Of a stretch of 64,000 nt of DNA, positions 46,693 to 58,173 are shown piece after piece; the first letter of the stretch is position 1, and each line of letters opens with the position of its first letter. Position numbers and translations under genes: made by a program. The notes below the pieces were generated by a model. That model made no database searches and was not told the DNA's origin. It saw nothing but the letters and a program-made list of their open reading frames with translations. Source of the stretch: Ascoidea asiatica JCM 7603 (taxonomy: Eukaryota; Fungi; Ascomycota); NCBI GenBank assembly GCA_001600695.1, contig BCKQ01000005.1, positions 328,732 to 392,731 of the forward strand, read 5' to 3'.

Positions 46693-47616
46693 TTAATTTA
46701 TAATTTTAGGTAAATTATATGGAGAAGTTGGAGGTGGAGATTCTAAGAAATAATCTGATAATAAAGCTTGTTCTGCGGTTAATCTTTTTGAAGGATTTAA
46801 ATCCATTAAACTAATTAAAAGATTTAAAGCATTTTCAGTAGCAGCTAAGAATCTTCTTCTTAATTCATCTTTTGTTGGTTTTGGATAAATTATTAAAGAA
46901 TTATAATTTGGTAAAGAAGAAACATTTTTCCAAATTGAATCAGTTGGAGTACCTAAAGCTTTAAAAGTTATATTTAATTGATCTAAATCATTTAAACCTG
47001 GTAAATATGGAGTTCTTAACATTAATTCAGCAAATATTAAACCAATTGACCAAATATCAATTGGATATGAATAAAATTTTGAACCAAATAATAATTCAGG
47101 AGCTTTATACCATCTTGTTACAACATTATTTGTTAATTTTTCAAAATTATTAATATTATTACCTAAAGATCTAGCTAAACCAAAATCAGCAATTTTTAAA
47201 AAACCATTTGGATTAATTAAAAGATTATTTGGTTTTAAATCTCTATGTAAAATATTATTTCTATGACAATGATGAATACCTCTTAAAGTCATTAATAACC
47301 AAGATTTTATATTTGCAGGAGTAAAAATTATATTTTTATCTTTAATTAAAATATCTAAATCATATGGTAAAAATTCTAAAACTAAATTTAAATTATCAAA
47401 TTGATAATAAACATCAATTAATTCAATAATATTTTGATGATGTAATTCTTGTAAATATTTCATTTCTCTTATTGCAGACATATCTAAACCATCATGAAAA
47501 TTGGCAGTTTTAATTTCTTTTACAGCAATTGGGCGGTTAGTTGATAACTGTTTACCTAAATAAACAATAGCATAGGTACCTTCACCAACTTTCCTTTCTT
47601 TGAAATAATTGGACAT
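46693..47616 (-). CDS. KIN28: TFIIH CTD kinase (CDK7 homolog)
   Basis: VGEGTYA, DGLDMSAIREMKYLQEL, HRDLKPNNLL, AELMLRTPYLPG. Confidence 0.96.
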   Translation of the reverse strand: MSNYFKERKVGEGTYAIVYLGKQLSTNRPIAVKEIKTANFHDGLDMSAIREMKYLQELHHQNIIELIDVYYQFDNLNLVLEFLPYDLDILIKDKNIIFTPANIKSWLLMTLRGIHHCHRNNILHRDLKPNNLLINPNGFLKIADFGLARSLGNNINNFEKLTNNVVTRWYKAPELLFGSKFYSYPIDIWSIGLIFAELMLRTPYLPGLNDLDQLNITFKALGTPTDSIWKNVSSLPNYNSLIIYPKPTKDELRRRFLAATENALNLLISLMDLNPSKRLTAEQALLSDYFLESPPPTSPYNLPKIIN

Positions 47617-47799
47617 GAATTGATATTATAAAGCAAAATAGAAATATTCATCCAAATTTATAAAATTGTATTTGAAGGAATAAACAAAAAAAGATGATGA
47701 AGATGATGAAGAAGAAGAAGAACAACAACAACAAAAAGATAGAGAAGCAGAAAGAGAAGAAGCAAGAAACAAAGAAACAAGAAGATTCAAGATAAATTT

Positions 47800-48110
47800 A
47801 TTCATGTGACGCTATACGCACCGCCACAATTCAAAATACAAACCAGCCACTCGTGTCAGCCACAAAACTGGAACACGGCACGCAGCACAGCAGCACAGCG
47901 CCCCGCAGAGACGCGAAACTGGCAAAAAGCGACAAGAAGAAGAAGAGAACGAGAACGAGAAAGAGAAAGAGAAAGAGAAAGAGAAAGAAGAAGAAGAAGA
48001 AGAAGAAACACGTTCTTCAGACTATCCTCAGATTATCCTCAGATTATCCTGCGGGTCTCTTGTGATTATCTTGTCCTTACTGCCTGCTCAGCGTCCTTTT
48101 CTGAGCTGCG
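47800..48110. promoter_or_regulatory. GC-rich divergent KIN28/SWI4 promoter with SCB-like site
   Basis: ACGCGAAA at 47911-47918, TCATGTGAC at ~47802, purine microsatellite at 47935-48007. Confidence 0.55.
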
Positions 48111-48671
48111 TTGTTGATTTTACTGCTATTTCATTCCCACCATCCTCGTTGTTGTCGTTTTCTTCTTCTTCTTCGTATCTTCTTTTACTTTTTTTTTTAT
48201 TGTTGATCTCTTTTCTCCATATCAGTTTCATTGGATTTACAACAACAGATTCATATCACTTTTATAACAAATTTGATAAAAATATTATCTTATAATTTAT
48301 AAAAGATTTCATAATTTCAAAGATCTTCATCACTTTTCGAATAATTATTTAGGTCTTCTTTCCTCCTTAGATTTCACTCGATTTTAAAATTCTCCGGTTT
48401 AAATCAACAAATTAATACATAGAATTGTAGTGGAACTCAGATAAAGTACTGTAATACAGTCTAATACTCTAATATTCTGATACTCTGATACTCTGATACT
48501 CTAATTCTGTGCAGTACTTTGTAAACTTAACTTCCATTAAACAACTTATTATTTATTATTCATTAATTATTATTCATTAGTTACTATTTCCTAAGTACTA
48601 ATATTCAATTATCAATTATTAATCAATAATTAATATATTTACAAATCAATAATCAAATCATATATCGAATA

Positions 48672-51600
48672 ATGAATGAAAATATTATATCTACTGAAAA
48701 AACTGTAAAAAATGGAATCAATAATAATAATGATAATAATAATGATAATGAAATAGAATTAGAAAAAGAAAAACAAAAACATAAACAAATAGAAAATGAA
48801 AATAAAAATAAAAATGAAAATGAAAATGAAAATGAAAAAGAAAAAGAAAAAGAAAAAGAAACTGAAAGTAATATTAATAAAGATATAAACAATAATATAA
48901 CTAATAATATTACAAAAGATATAACAAAGAATATAATTAAGGATATAAATAAGGAAAAAGACAAAGACATATATAAAGAAGAAGAAAAAGAAAAAGAAAA
49001 AGAAAAAGAAAAAGAAATAAAAATAAGTAATGAGAAAAACAAGGAGAAAATAAATAAAACTGATATAAACAATAACAGAAATAATAATTCTGATAATAAT
49101 ACTCAAGAAACTAAGAATAGTAAAGAAATTAAGGATATAACAAATAATAAAGATAATAAAGATAATAAAATTAATGATAAACAGAAACTTCAATCTCAAT
49201 CTCAATCTCAATCTCAATCTCAATCTCTAATACAATCTCCCATTGAAAACAGTAATAAAAATAATAATATTAATAATCCAACTTTAATCTCAAAATCTGC
49301 AATTTCAACTCCAATAAATAAAATTAAAAAAAATAGTTTATCTTCTTTACCTTCTTCATTATTAAAAAATAATAATTCAAATTTAAAAACTCCATCTTCA
49401 AATTCTCCTCCTTTAGAAAATGAAATTTATATTTCAACTTATTCTGGTCAAGATGTTTATGAAATTTTAATTGATAATGTACCTTTAATGAGAAGAATTG
49501 ATGATGATTGGGTTAATGCAACTCAAATTTTAAAAGTTGCAAAATTTCAAAAAGCTCAAAGAACTAGAATTCTTGAAAAAGAAATTCAAACTGGTAATCA
49601 TGAAAAAATTCAAGGTGGTCATGGTAGATTTCAAGGTACTTGGGTACCTCTTTCAATTGCAATTAATTTAGCTAAAACTCATTCAATTAATAAAAATATT
49701 TTAAGCCTTTTAAATTTTAAATTTGATAAAAATAATCCTCCAATTAGAAGAAAAGTAACTAAATCAAATATTTTAACTAATTCTATTTCAAAATCTCATT
49801 CAAAATCAATTTCCTCTATTTCTCATTCAAATTCTCATTCCAATTCCAATTCCAATTCTATCTCCAATTCATCATCATCATCTTCTTCCTCTTCTTTCTC
49901 TTCAAAATCTCATCCTACTTCACATCCTAATTCACTTTCTCATCCTCATTCTCATTCTCAATTTATTCAAAATCAAAATATTCAACTAAATAATCTCAAT
50001 AATCAACTTAATAATTTAAATAATATTAATAACCTTAATTTTAATAATTTCAATAATATTAGTAATATTAATAGCATCAATTTTAATAATCTTACTAATT
50101 TCAATAATAATAATATTAATAATATTAATCAAATTCATGATTATTCTTCAAATCAAAATATTGATACTCCTTTAAAAAGAAAAAAAAGATTCAGTAATTC
50201 ATCTTCTATCAATATCGAAAATAATAAAAATAAAAAAAATATTAATTCAAATAAAATTACCAAAAATATCAAAAATAATAAAATTAACACTATTAATTCC
50301 AATACACCAACTAATTCCAAAAATCTCAATAAGCAGCATAATATTAAAATTAGTACTGATAATTTTAATAATCATAATACTAACAATAATAACAATAATA
50401 ATACTAATAATAACAATTTAATAACTCAAATACCACCTCCTGCATTTCCAAACCCTCAACAATTACTTTTACATCAACAACAGCAACAGCAACAGCAACA
50501 ATTGCAATTACAAACTCAGTCTTTACAACTTCCTTTCAATGGACCATCTAATAGCTCCGTGTTTCAACCACAGGTAAATCCTCTATTCAATCTTCAGCAA
50601 CAACAACAACAAAAATTTCAAATTTCTCAATCTTTGGCTTTGCCTCCAACTCCAGCTTCTGCAAGTTCTTCTGCTCCTCCATCTGCAATATCTGCAACAT
50701 CTTCGGTACCTTCCCAATTTTTTCAATTACAACAATTACAGTACCAGCAACAATTACAAGCACAAATGCAAGCTCAACAAGCTCACCATCAACAACAAGA
50801 GCAGCAAAAGCATCACCAACAACAGCAGTTACTTCAACAACAATGCTTTCAGCTTCAATTGCAACAGCAACAACAAATGTTACAACAACAACAAGTTCAA
50901 GCTTTACATCCAATCCAAGGTCAATTAAATACTCAACCATCACTTCAAAATAATCTTACCCCACAGCCCCTGTTAGTCTCAAATACTTCAGTTCAAATGT
51001 CAACCTCAGTACCGAATTTAGATACAACTGGGATTGTATCTTCATCTGATTCTCAATTAAAAGATCAGCCAAGATCAAATATAGCTCCTCAAATAAAAAA
51101 AAAAAAAATTGTAGATCCTTTTAATCCAACTCATGATTTAAAGTCAGCCAATAAGTCCAATCTTGATTTGCAAATTAAATCTAATAAAGATTCAGATATA
51201 TATCGTAATAGTTCTATCAATGATATTAATACTTCTATTTCAACTACCAATAATATTGGCAGGAGGTCTACTTTGACTAATACTAATTCCGAAGCTGTTT
51301 TTAATTCTAACTCAATTTCAATCAAAAATATCAACAATACCCCTTCGAATTTAAATATTAACTCAAATCTTTCTATCCCTGATAATCCAATATCTACTGC
51401 AGACTCAGCTTTTATTTCAAATCAGAATATCTCAAATAATTCCTCGATTACTGAAATTAATGATTTGGATCCAAAACCTGATATAAATTCTCTATCTTAT
51501 AATCGACAAATTGAAAAATATTTAAGTCAAGAAACCTCTGAAATACCTTCTTTTCTTATTGATCTCACAAATGACTTCAACATTGATGACCCTATAGATT

Positions 51601-54170
51601 CAGAAGGTCATACGACTTTACATTGGGCTTGTGCTCTTGGAAACACACAACTTATAGATATTTTAATGAAAAATCATGCAAATCCTTTAGTAACAAATAT
51701 TTATGGCTTGAATCCGTTATCTCGCTTAATATCTTTTAATAATTGTTACGAACGAAAAATTTTCAAAGAAATATTTGAAAAATATCTAAAGCCATGTCTA
51801 TTTCAGCCAGACCAAAATAATAGAACAGTCTTACATTATATATGTGATTTATCAAAAATTCAGAGCAAATTTAGAAGTTGTTTTTATTATTTTAAAATTA
51901 TTTTCAAGGAAATTATTATGGAGAATAGTATCAAAAATGCTTACATTCTTCAAGCGTTAAAAAACCAATTTCAATTGACAAGGCCAGATATTCCTATTTC
52001 TGATTCTGAAATATTAAATTCGCCTTTGTATCAATCAGCTAAGGATCAAGTGTTAAAATTTTCTTTGAACTACCCTGATATAAAGGGTGATACAGCCTTA
52101 CATATTGCAATTTATTCGAAAAATCCTATATTAATCAAAATTTTGGTTGCTTTTGGGACAGATTTATTGGCCAAAAATGCCAAAGGGGAATACCCAGAAC
52201 AATTAATTCAACAACTAATATCGAATAAGTCAATAAATTTAACCTTTAACGAATTAAATACTTATATTTTACATCCTGGATTGATACTGTTCGATGAAAA
52301 TGATGAAAGTGAAATAATTGCCTTGGAAGATAAAAGTACAAGTAAGGAAATTAAAAACAGCAATTCTATTTTGACGGTAGGTAATAATTATAATAGAAAT
52401 GATCAACCTTCGGTTTCGATTAATGGAGTAAATGAAATAAGCATGCTTGAAGATAGTTTAGCGGAGTTAGCTCCTTTGAAAGAAATTACAATTGAAGAAC
52501 AGAATAATACTTTAGCATCTTTCGAGAATAGCAAGGAGCCTACCAATATTCTGTTTCAACCTGGAAATACTTCAATTTCGGAAAATGTTTTAATCCCCGA
52601 AAAAGTTTCAACCACTGATAATACTCAGGCAACCTCTGTTAAAGATCTTAAGAGTAGAAAAAATAATATAAGTTTCATTACAAGTTCTCAATCTCAAAAT
52701 TCAGATATTCCCAAAGTACTTCAAATATCTTTTGATGAAAATAATACTCAAAATGAAGAAGAAGGAAAATCAAATTTGAATAAAATATCAAAACAAACCA
52801 TTAATCAATTTTCTGAAAAAGAAGATAGAGAAATGTTTTCTCCAGTTAAAAAGAAAAAATTGAATGATAGTTCAATTCAAAATAAATATCCTCATACCTC
52901 TTTGCAACCACCTGTATTGATAAACAAATCTAAAAAATCAAATGAAACTTTGAAGGAAAGTCAAACAATTGATTACAATGGAAAACAAACTCAGATTCGA
53001 CATAGGCTTTCGGCTTTAGAGGTTAAGCCTATGATCGACTCGATGATTGACTCCTTGAATGATGCTCAAGCTTCTCAGTTACAAGTCAAAAAAAACGAAA
53101 TTGAATCTATCCGTGAGTCTGTAAATAAAATTACTCCTGAAATTGATTCTATGAATTCTCAAATTCATAATTCCTTACTTTCTATATATAATGATGAAAA
53201 TCAAGAGATAAATAAGAATGATATGGAATCTAAGATAAAATTATTGATTGATGATAGTTTGGATTCCGAATCTTTCGCAACGGAGCTAACTCGAAAGATT
53301 AAGAAGGAAGAAGAAGAATTAGCTGTTAAAAATGGTGATCTCACTACCATAATTGAAAGATCTCAGTGTAAATTATTGGCAGATTTAGTAATGGAAGAAG
53401 AATTGAAAGCTTTAAAAGAAGACCAACTTTATGCAGTAACAAAGGGTAATTCTATTCTGGAAGAGGAAAAAAATAGAGAGCTGTCTACTCCTAAAAGCTA
53501 TGGGAAATCGCCTTTTGATCATAGCACGACTATAAAGACTAATCAGTTCAGAACGCCTCTTCCAAACAAAGAGGTCGACGATAGCAGAATACTTGAAAAG
53601 GATCAACTGAATTTATTTACCCCTAAAGGATCTAGTAGTCCAGTCAAAGTTCCTTCTAGTTCTGCTACCATATCAAATTATTCACCGTCTATAACAGAAA
53701 GTAAGAATGAGTCTGATGAAAACTCGATTGAGCAAAGATGTAGATTGTCTATTGAGTTAAGTATTTTACAAATCAGAAGAATTACTAAAATCCAGCAGAT
53801 TGTTGATTTCATCAACAATGGTACTATTAACTCTAAGTTTAACTCTTATAGACAGTTGATATCTACTGCTTCTGGGCTTGATATCAATGGGATTGATGAT
53901 CTTGTCGATTCAATAGAAAACGAATTGATGCAAGATAATACTGGTGACATCGATAATTTGGATTCGATTGATCATGAAGCATTAGATATTTCTATGAATG
54001 ACCCTGATAAGACTTTTACATCTTCATATATTGGGAACCAAAGTTTTCTCATGGAACAAAATACAAACAATAACTCTCCAAATAAAGAAAGCAATCTTAA
54101 CTCTGTTTCGAATTCCAAGAAACTTTCTAAAAGTAAGGGTATCCTGGACTTGCTGTTGATCAGAACTTAG
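48672..54170 (+). CDS. SWI4: SBF DNA-binding subunit (APSES/KilA-N domain, ankyrin repeats, polyQ)
   Basis: WVNATQILKVA..RTRILEKE..HEKIQGGHGRFQGTW (the RFQGTW variant is Swi4-like), ankyrin GHTTLHWAC and GDTALHIA; synteny with KAP123 and BOI. Confidence 0.85.
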   Translation: MNENIISTEKTVKNGINNNNDNNNDNEIELEKEKQKHKQIENENKNKNENENENEKEKEKEKETESNINKDINNNITNNITKDITKNIIKDINKEKDKDIYKEEEKEKEKEKEKEIKISNEKNKEKINKTDINNNRNNNSDNNTQETKNSKEIKDITNNKDNKDNKINDKQKLQSQSQSQSQSQSLIQSPIENSNKNNNINNPTLISKSAISTPINKIKKNSLSSLPSSLLKNNNSNLKTPSSNSPPLENEIYISTYSGQDVYEILIDNVPLMRRIDDDWVNATQILKVAKFQKAQRTRILEKEIQTGNHEKIQGGHGRFQGTWVPLSIAINLAKTHSINKNILSLLNFKFDKNNPPIRRKVTKSNILTNSISKSHSKSISSISHSNSHSNSNSNSISNSSSSSSSSSFSSKSHPTSHPNSLSHPHSHSQFIQNQNIQLNNLNNQLNNLNNINNLNFNNFNNISNINSINFNNLTNFNNNNINNINQIHDYSSNQNIDTPLKRKKRFSNSSSINIENNKNKKNINSNKITKNIKNNKINTINSNTPTNSKNLNKQHNIKISTDNFNNHNTNNNNNNNTNNNNLITQIPPPAFPNPQQLLLHQQQQQQQQQLQLQTQSLQLPFNGPSNSSVFQPQVNPLFNLQQQQQQKFQISQSLALPPTPASASSSAPPSAISATSSVPSQFFQLQQLQYQQQLQAQMQAQQAHHQQQEQQKHHQQQQLLQQQCFQLQLQQQQQMLQQQQVQALHPIQGQLNTQPSLQNNLTPQPLLVSNTSVQMSTSVPNLDTTGIVSSSDSQLKDQPRSNIAPQIKKKKIVDPFNPTHDLKSANKSNLDLQIKSNKDSDIYRNSSINDINTSISTTNNIGRRSTLTNTNSEAVFNSNSISIKNINNTPSNLNINSNLSIPDNPISTADSAFISNQNISNNSSITEINDLDPKPDINSLSYNRQIEKYLSQETSEIPSFLIDLTNDFNIDDPIDSEGHTTLHWACALGNTQLIDILMKNHANPLVTNIYGLNPLSRLISFNNCYERKIFKEIFEKYLKPCLFQPDQNNRTVLHYICDLSKIQSKFRSCFYYFKIIFKEIIMENSIKNAYILQALKNQFQLTRPDIPISDSEILNSPLYQSAKDQVLKFSLNYPDIKGDTALHIAIYSKNPILIKILVAFGTDLLAKNAKGEYPEQLIQQLISNKSINLTFNELNTYILHPGLILFDENDESEIIALEDKSTSKEIKNSNSILTVGNNYNRNDQPSVSINGVNEISMLEDSLAELAPLKEITIEEQNNTLASFENSKEPTNILFQPGNTSISENVLIPEKVSTTDNTQATSVKDLKSRKNNISFITSSQSQNSDIPKVLQISFDENNTQNEEEGKSNLNKISKQTINQFSEKEDREMFSPVKKKKLNDSSIQNKYPHTSLQPPVLINKSKKSNETLKESQTIDYNGKQTQIRHRLSALEVKPMIDSMIDSLNDAQASQLQVKKNEIESIRESVNKITPEIDSMNSQIHNSLLSIYNDENQEINKNDMESKIKLLIDDSLDSESFATELTRKIKKEEEELAVKNGDLTTIIERSQCKLLADLVMEEELKALKEDQLYAVTKGNSILEEEKNRELSTPKSYGKSPFDHSTTIKTNQFRTPLPNKEVDDSRILEKDQLNLFTPKGSSSPVKVPSSSATISNYSPSITESKNESDENSIEQRCRLSIELSILQIRRITKIQQIVDFINNGTINSKFNSYRQLISTASGLDINGIDDLVDSIENELMQDNTGDIDNLDSIDHEALDISMNDPDKTFTSSYIGNQSFLMEQNTNNNSPNKESNLNSVSNSKKLSKSKGILDLLLIRT

Positions 54171-54948
54171 CATTCTCCTTTCAGTTCTTTTGTGTTTATT
54201 AAGCTGAATGTATTTTATTTACTTTTTATAATATATTTTTCTTTTTTCTTTTTTTGCGCATTTTATATATACTTACATCGGTAATTCTAATTCAATTTTT
54301 ATTTCAAGTTTGGTATGTAGGTCTTCTCAATAAGTATTTCTAAATAAATATATTTTCGGCCTCTAATCAAATAGTTATTAATATAATTTAATAAAATTAG
54401 CAAATTTCTTATTTGTGTTACTCTTATATTACAAAATGGCATTAAGCCCTTTGAGATTTACTAATGTCTGAAAGTTTTTCGTATAGCTTAGTCTAAAATT
54501 AAAAGTTACATCCAAAATTCATTTGAACATATTTTAGACCATAAGGTAAATTTAAACCTAGCTCTACTTGAAAAAAAAAAATAATCTTCTTGAATACAAA
54601 GTCGAATAAAGTAAAACCAAAAACATTCAACCCAATTTAAAAAAAAATATCAAAAACAAGGGTTGAACTTTATTTGAACAAATTAAAACAACTAAAAAAT
54701 AAAGCTAGGAAAATAGACAAAGAATCAAACAAACCAAAAATAACATGAAACAAATAAAAAATATATAAGAAAGAATTAAAAACAAGCGAACACAAACTAT
54801 TCATTCAAGGAAAATCATATATAACCATCAGAGAAACTTAATTGTACCTAAATATACACTTGGCAAAATAAACAAAAAGCTAAAAGTCCATAGGTTATCT
54901 TCAATAAAAAAGCTAGTAAAAAAGGGTTCATTAGTGGATTAGAAAAAT

Positions 54949-57900
54949 TTATGAATGTTCTTTTAGGCTACTTCTGCCTTTGATTTTGTTTTGCAATCCT
55001 GAACTCTGTCTTTGGGCATTTGTTTTAGGTGAAGAGGGACTACTTGGATGAATTCCTGATGCTAATAAATAAGGAGATTGAAACCCTGATGATTCATTGT
55101 GGTCATTCAATTTAGGTGTAGATATATGAGAAGTGGCAGTAGTTGATGGAGTTTGATTTGATTCAATAGAAGAAGACAAAGATGAGGATGATGGATGAGA
55201 GGAAGAAGGATGAGACTGGATAAAATTTCCCTTTTTCAAAAGTTCTTCTCTTTTTTGTGCGTTTTCTCTTGCCTTTGAAAGTAAAGTTTGTGCCTTTTGT
55301 AAAGAAACAGTTGGGGTGGTACATGAAGAAACAATAGGCGTCGTATCATCTAGATCGATTGTGGCTTTCATTAATGCAGCCATCCAGCCCCTCATTTCCT
55401 CCCGAGTATCGACTGCAAAGTAGTGAATTTTTGGTTGAGTGAAAGTTAATCCTTTTTTGAAACCAGGAGCAGGAGGTACTAGCTTAAAGCAATATCTTCC
55501 TTGACCAGTTGTTGCAGCATAAAGTGCTACGAATTTATCATCTTCTCTGGTAGGTAATACTTTATGAGCCGTAATATCAATTAAACCTTTTTCTTTTGCA
55601 TCCTTCATTGATCCAAAATAAGATAATCGTGTATGATGGAGTGTAAAAAATCTTGTTTTCCATGGACCAACAGTACTTGATCCTTTTTTGCTCATCCAAC
55701 CGGAATAATCCGCTGTTTTCAGGGAAACTTCAGGATTGACTCTTTGTATCCCTTCTTGAAATGCTGATGTTTGTTTTTTAGTTTTTTTTCCAGTTTCGGA
55801 TGTCTTTGCATTTCTTACCTCTCTGACTTTAAATGATTCTGAACCCGTTGAACTTGAAGTATCAACTGGTATAGGTGGTAAACTATTCGAAGTATTATTA
55901 TGAATGAGCCTTTTATTTTCTGGTTGATCCTTCTCTTTAGAATTTTTTTCTTTTGCTTCTTTTTTATTCTTTCTTAATCTACCATGACTTGTAGTAAGGG
56001 ATCTATGTGTTGCCTTTTCTTTAGGACTTTCCGGTTCATTTGCAGAAACTGATCTTCTTTTGAAAGGTTGATTTAATTTTTTTAAAGAATTCCTAATTGG
56101 AGACATTTGATTTTCAAAAGCTTCTTCTTTTAGTTTTCCAATATCAGAGTCTTCAAGTGAACTTGAATCTTTCATAAGGTTACTATTTGAACTTGATAAC
56201 GATTGACTAGCCCTTTTTGCAGGATCTAGAGTAGGTTGAGAAGAAATACTAGGGGAATTATTTGAATGACCATTTTGTTTTGCTCTATTTAGAAAAGATA
56301 ATCTATTTTGATTCATTAAAGATTCTGCATCATAGTTTGAAGTCGTTGACGATACATTTTCAGGAAATTTAGCTATACTTGGTGTTGATACTGCAGAATC
56401 ACAATAGATTGAAGAAGTTGGCCTAGCAGGACCAGGATCAATAGCGAGCAAAGAATTGTTATTTATTTCATTGACTAATGAGTCAATGGTTGGTATTTCC
56501 ATTTTAAGATCATCTTTGAAAGAAATTGGAGATTGCGATACAGCATTACTTAAAAGTGTAGGTGAATCAAGTAATAGATTTTTTTTATTATCGATTGAAT
56601 TAGTTTTAAGCTGTAATTTTGGTTTTGAAAATTTAGAACCATTTGAAGTTGGGGTTCTAGAAAAGGAAGGAGGAAGAGGTACAGGCCTTGGTGATTCAAA
56701 TTCCCTATTATTATATGATGAGGAGTTTCTCTGAGAAGGCAGCTTTACAGATTTTTGATGAACATTATAAAATGGGGAATCATTATTTGAATTATAATTA
56801 ATATAATCAAGATCAGTTACAGATCTGGATCTACTCCTTCTATGTTTTTTTGCTTCATCTTCCGGATTTAATAGTGGTGGAGCCATTAATTCATTTTTAT
56901 TTGAATTACTTGAAGGATTGAAAAAATCACCTCCCAGGCTACCATTTCTATTTAATTTTGGTAATGAAGGAGTTGAAGAATAAGTTAATCTTGAATTTGT
57001 TTCTAATTGTCTTCTTTGATAAGCAGCATTTTTTAAAGCTTCTATTTCTTTATAAATTTCGAATCTAGTACCAAAAGATGCAATTTCTAATTCTTTCAAA
57101 TAACTTAATTCTAATTCTAATAAAATTGTTCCAGTTATTTTATGTCTTAAAAATTTTGAGAAAATATCTTCATCAAAGCCAAGATATTTGAAATATTCAG
57201 ATACTTGTACTGGAGACCAAGATTCAACAAATATTGGATTGAATTCTTCTGGAATAGAATCAATTTCATCCAAATCTTCTTCATTTTCAAGAGAACTTGA
57301 ATCATCCCTTTCTATATTATTTTTTGAGTTTTCAGTTATATTACTATTATTATTATTATTATTAGGGTTATCAAAATCATTTTGATTTGAAGGGTTTCCA
57401 AACAGAGGATTTGTTTTTGAATCATTTATTGAATTATTATTATCATTATCGTTAATACTATTATTATTAGTGGTATTATTGGTATTAGTATCATTGATAT
57501 TATTTTTAATTTTATTTGAAGTATTGAATTCTTTTAAAGTATTATCAATTTCTGTTAAAGTTTTGTGAACAGAAGATTGTCTATCGTGATCAATCTTTGA
57601 AGAACTATTTCCACTTGATCTTTTTTTTGGAGTTGATAATCTATTTTTTGAGCTTGAATGGCTTGTATGCTTTGAATTTGTTATTGAAGAATTTGACATT
57701 GAAATTTGAGATGGGCTTCTTTGATTAGTTGATTGATTAACTGGATGATTAGTTTTATTGAGAGAAGTGATTTTTCTACTTCTTGATCTTAATAAATTTC
57801 TTTGTTGTTCTTGAGTTAAATATGCATTTATTGATTGAGTAAAAGATTTTGGATAAAGTCCTGCACGACCTGTTGACAAATTTTTCCCCATATACCAACC

Positions 57901-58173
57901 ATCATTAAACTTAGAATCATCAGCTATAACTTCAATTTTATCACCGGGTTTTATTGCTAATTCATCATCTAATCTTGGATTGAATTCTTTTATTACAGTG
58001 AATAAATTTGAAGCATTTGGTATTGGATCTTGAAAAGGTATATTATTATTGATATTATTAAGTTGAGGAGATTGTTGTTTTTGATTATGATAGTAATTCT
58101 TTTTTTGATCCGAATTATTATTGTTATTTGGAGTATTATAAGGGTTTTGATAAGCGCTTGAATAATTAAACAT
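54949..58173 (-). CDS. BOI2: Boi1/Boi2 polarity scaffold (SH3-SAM-PH)
   Basis: SH3 (DELAIKPGD..GWYMG..GLYP), SAM (WSPVQV..HKITGTILLEL..SFGTRF), PH (SGWMSKKG..WKTRFFTL). Single-copy BOI1/BOI2 homolog. Confidence 0.9.
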   Translation of the reverse strand: MFNYSSAYQNPYNTPNNNNNSDQKKNYYHNQKQQSPQLNNINNNIPFQDPIPNASNLFTVIKEFNPRLDDELAIKPGDKIEVIADDSKFNDGWYMGKNLSTGRAGLYPKSFTQSINAYLTQEQQRNLLRSRSRKITSLNKTNHPVNQSTNQRSPSQISMSNSSITNSKHTSHSSSKNRLSTPKKRSSGNSSSKIDHDRQSSVHKTLTEIDNTLKEFNTSNKIKNNINDTNTNNTTNNNSINDNDNNNSINDSKTNPLFGNPSNQNDFDNPNNNNNNSNITENSKNNIERDDSSSLENEEDLDEIDSIPEEFNPIFVESWSPVQVSEYFKYLGFDEDIFSKFLRHKITGTILLELELSYLKELEIASFGTRFEIYKEIEALKNAAYQRRQLETNSRLTYSSTPSLPKLNRNGSLGGDFFNPSSNSNKNELMAPPLLNPEDEAKKHRRSRSRSVTDLDYINYNSNNDSPFYNVHQKSVKLPSQRNSSSYNNREFESPRPVPLPPSFSRTPTSNGSKFSKPKLQLKTNSIDNKKNLLLDSPTLLSNAVSQSPISFKDDLKMEIPTIDSLVNEINNNSLLAIDPGPARPTSSIYCDSAVSTPSIAKFPENVSSTTSNYDAESLMNQNRLSFLNRAKQNGHSNNSPSISSQPTLDPAKRASQSLSSSNSNLMKDSSSLEDSDIGKLKEEAFENQMSPIRNSLKKLNQPFKRRSVSANEPESPKEKATHRSLTTSHGRLRKNKKEAKEKNSKEKDQPENKRLIHNNTSNSLPPIPVDTSSSTGSESFKVREVRNAKTSETGKKTKKQTSAFQEGIQRVNPEVSLKTADYSGWMSKKGSSTVGPWKTRFFTLHHTRLSYFGSMKDAKEKGLIDITAHKVLPTREDDKFVALYAATTGQGRYCFKLVPPAPGFKKGLTFTQPKIHYFAVDTREEMRGWMAALMKATIDLDDTTPIVSSCTTPTVSLQKAQTLLSKARENAQKREELLKKGNFIQSHPSSSHPSSSSLSSSIESNQTPSTTATSHISTPKLNDHNESSGFQSPYLLASGIHPSSPSSPKTNAQRQSSGLQNKIKGRSSLKEHS

